NCBI GenBank assembly: GCA_002716355.1
Contig: PBAU01000005.1
Span: 110,425 to 142,424, forward strand
Source of the DNA: a bacterium
GTDB taxonomy: Bacteria; UBP7; UBA6624
Direction: 5' to 3'
Length of the DNA stretch: 32,000 nucleotides
The position numbers and the translations under genes were made by a program. The notes below the pieces were generated by a model. It did no database searches, was not told the DNA's origin, and saw nothing but the letters and a program-made list of their open reading frames with translations. Shown here one piece after another: positions 27,142-32,000 of this stretch. The first letter of the stretch is position 1. Each line of letters begins with the position of its first letter.

Positions 27142-28044
27142 ATGGTCTTAATTGAACGTTCGAATCAAATAAATTTCACATTAAATGAAATTCCGGAAAT
27201 GAATTTTTTCAAAAACATACTCATGGTCTCTCCAGAAAATTTTGAGATTCAATATGCAATCAATCCATTTATGAAAGATTCTGCGGGCAACCTGAAAAAA
27301 ATCGATAAAAAAAAAGCCAAAAGCCAATGGGGCAACCTTTTGCAAACTTTCACCGATCTAAACCTTTCGGTAACAAAATTCGAGCCTGAAGAAAAACTTC
27401 CTGATATTGTTTTTTGTGCCAACCAATTTTTTCCAATTCCTAATGAAATCAGCATCAATAAAGAGAATTTCCTGGAAGGAAAAATGTTTGCGGAAGAGAG
27501 GAAGGCGGAAGTTGCATTGCTGAAAAAAAAATTCGAAAACTTAGGTTACAACTTTGGTCAACTTTCACAAAGAGTAACAAAATTTGAAGGAACTGGTGAT
27601 GGTATATGGCATCCTGGCAAAAAACTATTATGGGGCGGAATTGGAGCAAGAACAGACATGATGGCATGGCAAGAAATAAGCGAAAAATACGATATTGATG
27701 TAATTGCCTTAAACCTGAAGCATAAAACTTTTTACCATCTTGACACATGTTTGTGCATACTGAATCAAACAACTTGCCTTTGGAATCCTGATGCTTTTGA
27801 CAAAAATGGCCAAGAATTGATAAGAAAAATATTTGATCTACCGATAGAAGCAGATAAGAATGAAGCTGAAAGCATAATGGCCTGCAATGCCTTTTGCCCA
27901 GATGGAAAAAACGTCATCATTCAACAAGGATGCCTGAAAACCAAATCAAAATTGGAGCAAGTTAGCTTCAACGTGATTGAGGTGGACACTTCTGAGTTCA
28001 TAAAAGCCGGCGGCTCTGTTTTCTGTCTGAAACTATTTTTTTAA
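27142..28044 (+). CDS. Pentein-superfamily guanidino-group-modifying enzyme (amidinotransferase/DDAH-like), specificity unknown
   Basis: The N-terminal ILMVSPENFEIQYAINPFM and the C-terminal AGGSVFCLKL, with a Cys six residues from the end, fit the amidinotransferase/DDAH/arginine-deiminase fold. Confidence 0.65.
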   Translation: MVLIERSNQINFTLNEIPEMNFFKNILMVSPENFEIQYAINPFMKDSAGNLKKIDKKKAKSQWGNLLQTFTDLNLSVTKFEPEEKLPDIVFCANQFFPIPNEISINKENFLEGKMFAEERKAEVALLKKKFENLGYNFGQLSQRVTKFEGTGDGIWHPGKKLLWGGIGARTDMMAWQEISEKYDIDVIALNLKHKTFYHLDTCLCILNQTTCLWNPDAFDKNGQELIRKIFDLPIEADKNEAESIMACNAFCPDGKNVIIQQGCLKTKSKLEQVSFNVIEVDTSEFIKAGGSVFCLKLFF

Positions 28045-28046
28045 AT

Positions 28047-28682
28047 CTATTTTATTTCTTCACCATCACAAAATAACCTCAATGGTATCAGGTTGCCATC
28101 ATCCAAAACACTTAGCTCAACAGACATTGGCAATGGCTCTATCTCCCAGAAATAGGAACTTGTATCCATATCCCATGAACGCTCTCCGAGGCATTCCCTC
28201 AAACGTCCAACGCTTTCCTCGGAGAGGAAAATATTACCGAGTTCGTAACGGACATTAAAAAAATCTGAATTGTTTTCAAACTCCTCATAACTATACGGGT
28301 TCATATCCCATTCTGACCTCAAAAACAAACCCTCATCTGGCTTTGAAAAAGAAACTGAGGAGACACTCCAGGATGAACCGTCTTTTGTGATGGTTACAAA
28401 AATATTCTGCAAACCAGCCGCTGCAAGACCATCCTCCAAAGATTCAAATGGAACCAGATCCTCTTTGATCAAATCATTTGGTATCTTTGTCATGGCAGAA
28501 TCAAGAGAGGGCTCGAAAGTCCAACCTCGAAAAACAGTATTAAAAGGATAACCTGACTGCATGGGGTCAATGCTGAATACAACAACTGTCCCTGAGTTTG
28601 CTCGAATGCTGCTGAAAAATGCCAAGCCTGTTATTAGTAAGACTTGAACAAGGGATGCAATTAAAAAATTTCTCCTAATCAT
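28047..28682 (-). CDS. N-terminally anchored protein, probable degenerate GDYXXLXY-family member
   Basis: I chose the start MIRRNFLIASLVQVLLITGLAFF (ATG 28680-28682), which overlaps the upstream TAG by 8 nt. IDPMQSGYPFNTVFRG and NVRYELGNIFLSEES loosely match the two conserved blocks of the GDYXXLXY family as I recall them. Confidence 0.45.
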   Translation of the reverse strand: MIRRNFLIASLVQVLLITGLAFFSSIRANSGTVVVFSIDPMQSGYPFNTVFRGWTFEPSLDSAMTKIPNDLIKEDLVPFESLEDGLAAAGLQNIFVTITKDGSSWSVSSVSFSKPDEGLFLRSEWDMNPYSYEEFENNSDFFNVRYELGNIFLSEESVGRLRECLGERSWDMDTSSYFWEIEPLPMSVELSVLDDGNLIPLRLFCDGEEIK

Positions 28683-30024
28683 CTCTTGCCCCCGCATCAA
28701 ATATTTTTTTGCTTTGCTTTTCAATAAAGATACCGCCCCAAATTAACAAAACTCCGCCTAAGACAAACAGGAATGCTTGATTCAGGAGGGTTGAAAATAC
28801 ATCAAAGAAACGCAATAATATAAAGAATTTGAAAAACCATAAGGTCCATTTGAACAATCTCCAGTTTCTGGTAATGCTTGAAATGTAAAGAAAGGCAATA
28901 AGCTCAAAAAGAAGAATCAGGTTCATAAAAACTGAAATGACCATTGGATTGCCGTAAGAGAGGAATGGCAAGAGTATATTGATTAAAGAGATTGCAATAA
29001 AAAATTTCGAAACAAGCTTTCTTCTCTTGCTTGACGATCTTAAGCCATCCAGAGAAATCGTTATGACAAATGCTGAAATGGCGACAAAAGGCAATGCCTC
29101 AATTGGATACCCTGGAATCGGCATTTGGAAACCATCTTCATTTACGAAATTATGAAAAAAGGTGAATGGTATCTGAGTAAAGTAAAGAAAAATAACTCCT
29201 AATATACTGAAAGGGTAAGCTGCCCATTCTTTGACTCTCTTAATTGCAAGAACCGAAAGAAGAATTCCGAAAGAAACATAAAGGCTCACAAAACTCAATG
29301 CATCAGCTACACCGAAATCCAGTCTAGGAAGAATAAGAAAAAGATTAACATCTTTTTCCGAATGAGGGATAGCCAACATTCTTAGCTGCAAAAGGAAAAG
29401 CCAAAGAGAGGTTCCAAACAAAGAAAAAACTAAAGCAGGATTGTTTTGATCCCTAAATATCAGCTTCAGAAAAGAAAATGCTAACAACCCATAAATAACA
29501 ATATCAATCCAAGATATCGAAGTTTGAAATATCCATATTGTCAAGAGTATGCTTGCCAAAATAAGAACCCATAACAGCCTGAAAAACCTCATAAATAAAA
29601 AAAGCCCGGCAATCCAGATTAACAATTCCTGGCCATTATCAAATGAAATATTGAAAGTTTGAAGGATCAGGTTGACACCAGCTCCAAAAGAAAAAGCCCC
29701 CATTAGAAAGAAAGTTTGTGAAAGGTTTCTTCTGTTTGGTGCTTGGTAAAAATGATATCCAAGATAATTAAAACCAGATACAAAAATAAGGATTATTAAG
29801 GTTTTTATACCCGAAGAAAAACCCTGCCAGTTTGAAGCCATTGCCAAAATCAAACCCAAACCTACCAAAACTCCACCAAAAACCAATAATGCACTAATGA
29901 AACTAGTCATCTTCACATTTTCTTTTGAATACCTAGAACTTATTAGATCTGCTTGATCTTCTGAAATGATCCCTTCCTTGACCCAGGATTTCAATTGATC
30001 AAGCAACCATTTAATATTATTCAT
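28675..30024 (-). CDS. Polytopic membrane protein with DUF2157-like N-terminal head
   Basis: Has a soluble N-terminus WLLDQLKSWVKEGIISEDQADLISSRY followed by roughly a dozen hydrophobic segments. It sits upstream of a GDYXXLXY-like gene, as is usual for DUF2157/DUF4401 proteins. Confidence 0.6.
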   Translation of the reverse strand: MNNIKWLLDQLKSWVKEGIISEDQADLISSRYSKENVKMTSFISALLVFGGVLVGLGLILAMASNWQGFSSGIKTLIILIFVSGFNYLGYHFYQAPNRRNLSQTFFLMGAFSFGAGVNLILQTFNISFDNGQELLIWIAGLFLFMRFFRLLWVLILASILLTIWIFQTSISWIDIVIYGLLAFSFLKLIFRDQNNPALVFSLFGTSLWLFLLQLRMLAIPHSEKDVNLFLILPRLDFGVADALSFVSLYVSFGILLSVLAIKRVKEWAAYPFSILGVIFLYFTQIPFTFFHNFVNEDGFQMPIPGYPIEALPFVAISAFVITISLDGLRSSSKRRKLVSKFFIAISLINILLPFLSYGNPMVISVFMNLILLFELIAFLYISSITRNWRLFKWTLWFFKFFILLRFFDVFSTLLNQAFLFVLGGVLLIWGGIFIEKQSKKIFDAGARDD

Positions 30025-30109
30025 CGTCTTTTGCCCATAGGGGAGAAAATATCAAATAAACAAATCCTATAGTCAAAAGTCCGGCGATTAAAGGTTGGTA
30101 ATCAGTCAT
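30017..30109 (-). CDS. Unannotated 30-aa single-TM small ORF (MTDYQPLIAGLLTIGFVYLIFSPLWAKDDE)
   Basis: I translated this by hand and it is below the ORF-track length cut-off. Its ATG shares a base with the ccmH TAA (TAATG at 30107-30111). Its TAA lies inside the ATG region of the next gene (ATGAATAA at 30017-30024). One hydrophobic helix is flanked by charged ends. Confidence 0.4.
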   Translation of the reverse strand: MTDYQPLIAGLLTIGFVYLIFSPLWAKDDE

Positions 30110-30462
30110 TATTTTGCCTTGTTTTTTGACAATTTTCGCAAAAAGAAAAAACCACCTACACAAAAGACAAAGGGCAAATACCAAACAATCTGGTGTATTC
30201 CTTTTTTAGGCGGCTCAAAAACAATCCAATCTCCATATCTTTCTATTAAATAATCTCTAATTTCAGAATCTGTCTTTCCCTCTAAGACCATATCAAGTAT
30301 CACTTCGTAGATCTCATTGCTGATTGGTGTATCAGAGTCAGCAATGCTGACAAATTTACAAGTTGGGCATCTGAAACTTTCAGCTATAGAAAGAGCCCTG
30401 TTCTCCTCCTCTTGTGTCGGATTCAAAATAAGAGCTAGACTAATAGCTAATAAAAATTTAAT
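30109..30462 (-). CDS. ccmH: Cytochrome c-type biogenesis protein CcmH (probable AUU start; canonical-start alternative is the TTG at 30426)
   Basis: Contains the redox motif FRCPTCK, then DSDTPISNEI...DYLIERYGDWIVFEPP and the TM segment IVWYLPFVFCVGGFFFL. The frame stays open upstream of the TTG and encodes KFLLAISLALIL. The ATT at 30460-30462 is preceded by GGAG with a 6-nt spacer. Confidence 0.75.
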   Translation of the reverse strand: MKFLLAISLALILNPTQEEENRALSIAESFRCPTCKFVSIADSDTPISNEIYEVILDMVLEGKTDSEIRDYLIERYGDWIVFEPPKKGIHQIVWYLPFVFCVGGFFFLRKLSKNKAK

Positions 30463-31048
30463 TTTCTTCTCCCATGATCAAATTAATATTTTCCAACAAG
30501 CTCTCCTCAGTTAATAGGCCGATAATTTTTGCTCTAACTATACCTTTTGAATCAATAAAGAAAGTCTCAGGAGCCCCGGTAACACCCCAATCAACCAATG
30601 ATTTTCCATTCATATCAATCCAATTTGGATACTTTAAACCAAAAACATCTATCATCTCTTGAGCATCTTCCACAGTGTCGTCAAAAGCAATCCCGATCAA
30701 AACAGGGCACTGGCCAGGAGATTGGCTTTCACACTGAGCCCACAAGGTGCTCCACTTCTTCAATAACGGGAATTCCTCCCTGCATGGAGGGCACCAACTA
30801 CCCCACCAATTAACTATAGTTACAGGTGGCCAATCTTCATCTTCATAATCTAAAAAATATTCATCATATACCTCTTCAAGATTGACTAAAGCTTGTTGGG
30901 TTGGGGCCTTTTTGCCCTGTAAAGAAAAATCTGAGACAACTTCATCTGAAGAATTTTGCTCAAGAATCGACAAACCTTTCGCCAACACAAAAACAAAACA
31001 GTAAATAAAAAAAAGGACCTTGATGAATCTTGAATACTGAACCTTCAT
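30458..31048 (-). CDS. ccmG: Thiol:disulfide interchange protein CcmG/DsbE
   Basis: Has an N-terminal membrane anchor, the thioredoxin motif NWWGSWCPPCREEFP and GVTGAPETFFIDSKG. The start is ATGA-coupled to the ccmF stop. Confidence 0.85.
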   Translation of the reverse strand: MKVQYSRFIKVLFFIYCFVFVLAKGLSILEQNSSDEVVSDFSLQGKKAPTQQALVNLEEVYDEYFLDYEDEDWPPVTIVNWWGSWCPPCREEFPLLKKWSTLWAQCESQSPGQCPVLIGIAFDDTVEDAQEMIDVFGLKYPNWIDMNGKSLVDWGVTGAPETFFIDSKGIVRAKIIGLLTEESLLENINLIMGEEN

Positions 31049-32000
31049 CGTCTCTCACTTCCAATAATAACTAAAAAACCCAAAATAGAAATAATTCCAC
31101 CAATCCAAATAAATTTTAAAAATGGCTGAATCGTTACTCTGTATCTAACTTTGGAATCATTGATAATTTCAGACATAGATAAAGTAATGTCTCTCTTCCA
31201 GTTTGATTTAAGGCCCATCTCAGTGGTTGGTGACCAATTGGGACCATAATCTCTTTTCTCCGGATAGAGGATCTTTGTACCACCATCTGAAGAAACATGG
31301 ACCGATGCACCAAAAGAAGAATAATTTTCACTATTGGTGATTTGTAAACCATTTGCATCCTGAGTCAATTCAACATCGTAATCATCTAAAACAAATGATT
31401 TTTCATTTTCTAGAATTGCATCAGTTTGAAATTTGTGCTCGACACTTGCAGTAGCCCCTATAGCCAAAAATAAAACTCCAAGATGGACAATCAGTCCTCC
31501 ATGATAACTACTCATAAAACGACCTTTTTTGGAGTCTAAAAATTCTTTACAGGTTGGCAAAAGAGTGAACCCAAGCAAAAAAGTAGTTAAAAAATGTTCC
31601 CACGAACTGTCAAGCCAAGGCAAGCCTATGGAGGATCTAATGTAGCTGAAAAACAAGAAAGACAGCAACCCTCCTATAGTTCCTATTTTTAAATAATTTT
31701 TAAATTTCTTGCCTGTTTTTCTTTTCCATGAAAGCCATGGGGCGATTGAAAGCAAGATTAAGGCTGGCATTGATATCGGTGGTATTGTTTTTTCAAAATA
31801 TGGAGCTCCAACACTAACCTTTTCACCTGTTGATATTTCTGAAAATATTGGCCATGTGGTTCCAAAAAAAACAGCAACAAACATCCCTAGAAACAATAAA
31901 TTATTGAAAAGTATGGCATTTTCCTTTGAAGCAGATTCTTTTAAATCACTATTGTCTTTGAGTGAATCCCAATTAAAACCCAAAAAACCAAAAGCAAAAA
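31045..32000 (-). CDS. ccmF: Cytochrome c haem lyase subunit CcmF, C-terminal part (5' end beyond window edge)
   Basis: The frame remains open to nt 32000. Several TM segments are followed by a periplasmic segment and a final TM (FIWIGGIISILGFLVIIG). Its position directly upstream of ccmG-ccmH supports the call. Confidence 0.75.
   Translation of the reverse strand, partial: FAFGFLGFNWDSLKDNSDLKESASKENAILFNNLLFLGMFVAVFFGTTWPIFSEISTGEKVSVGAPYFEKTIPPISMPALILLSIAPWLSWKRKTGKKFKNYLKIGTIGGLLSFLFFSYIRSSIGLPWLDSSWEHFLTTFLLGFTLLPTCKEFLDSKKGRFMSSYHGGLIVHLGVLFLAIGATASVEHKFQTDAILENEKSFVLDDYDVELTQDANGLQITNSENYSSFGASVHVSSDGGTKILYPEKRDYGPNWSPTTEMGLKSNWKRDITLSMSEIINDSKVRYRVTIQPFLKFIWIGGIISILGFLVIIGSERR

Noticed and set aside
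30458-30480. Programmed -1 frameshift fusing CcmG to CcmH as an explanation for the open upstream frame of ccmH.
   Set aside because: There is no X-XXY-YYZ slippery heptamer at the junction. A fusion would also bury the hydrophobic segment internally. An AUU start with a well-spaced GGAG is the simpler explanation.
1-32000. A search by eye for CRISPR repeats, IS or transposase ends, integrons, toxin-antitoxin pairs, restriction-modification or other defence genes.
   Set aside because: I found none. Every ORF above 100 aa that is not antisense is accounted for by housekeeping or envelope functions or by orphan proteins without defence-like domains. A computational repeat search over the window would be needed to exclude short dispersed repeats.

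Overview
This window is a very tightly packed, AT-rich (judged by eye, not computed) chromosomal core region of a diderm bacterium. I call 38 CDS, two of them cut by the window edges, plus one tRNA-Ser(CGA). By my coordinates only about 0.5 kb of the 32 kb is non-coding. Most genes are recognisable housekeeping functions. They include an M28/PDZ peptidase, FabI, an MqnA/MqnD-like protein, MutY, a mannose-1-P guanylyltransferase, YchF, a PduO-type adenosyltransferase and proline dehydrogenase. They also include HisS-AspS-M19 dipeptidase, a long redox operon (MDR oxidoreductase-MarR-PntAA-PntAB-PntB-FixC-FixX), a Nudix hydrolase and an SDR epimerase. A mixed operon encodes thioesterase-MobA-MoeA-IMPase-arginase, followed by a pentein-fold enzyme and the distal part of a System I cytochrome c maturation operon (ccmF-ccmG-ccmH). 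I saw no rRNA, CRISPR array, transposase, integrase, prophage or obvious defence island, and the lineage cannot be assigned from this window alone. This looks mostly like an ordinary core region, and I found no clear-cut novel system. The best candidates for a second look are: (1) a DUF2157-type membrane protein and a degenerate GDYXXLXY-like protein translationally coupled to ccmFGH through an unannotated 30-aa transmembrane ORF; (2) a CcmH signal peptide that lies upstream of any canonical start codon, implying AUU initiation; (3) a MutY whose C-terminal domain keeps a perfect Nudix box; (4) pntAB fused into one operon with fixCX, a MarR regulator and an MDR oxidoreductase; and (5) extreme compaction, with convergent genes sharing stop codons and leaderless-looking promoters.
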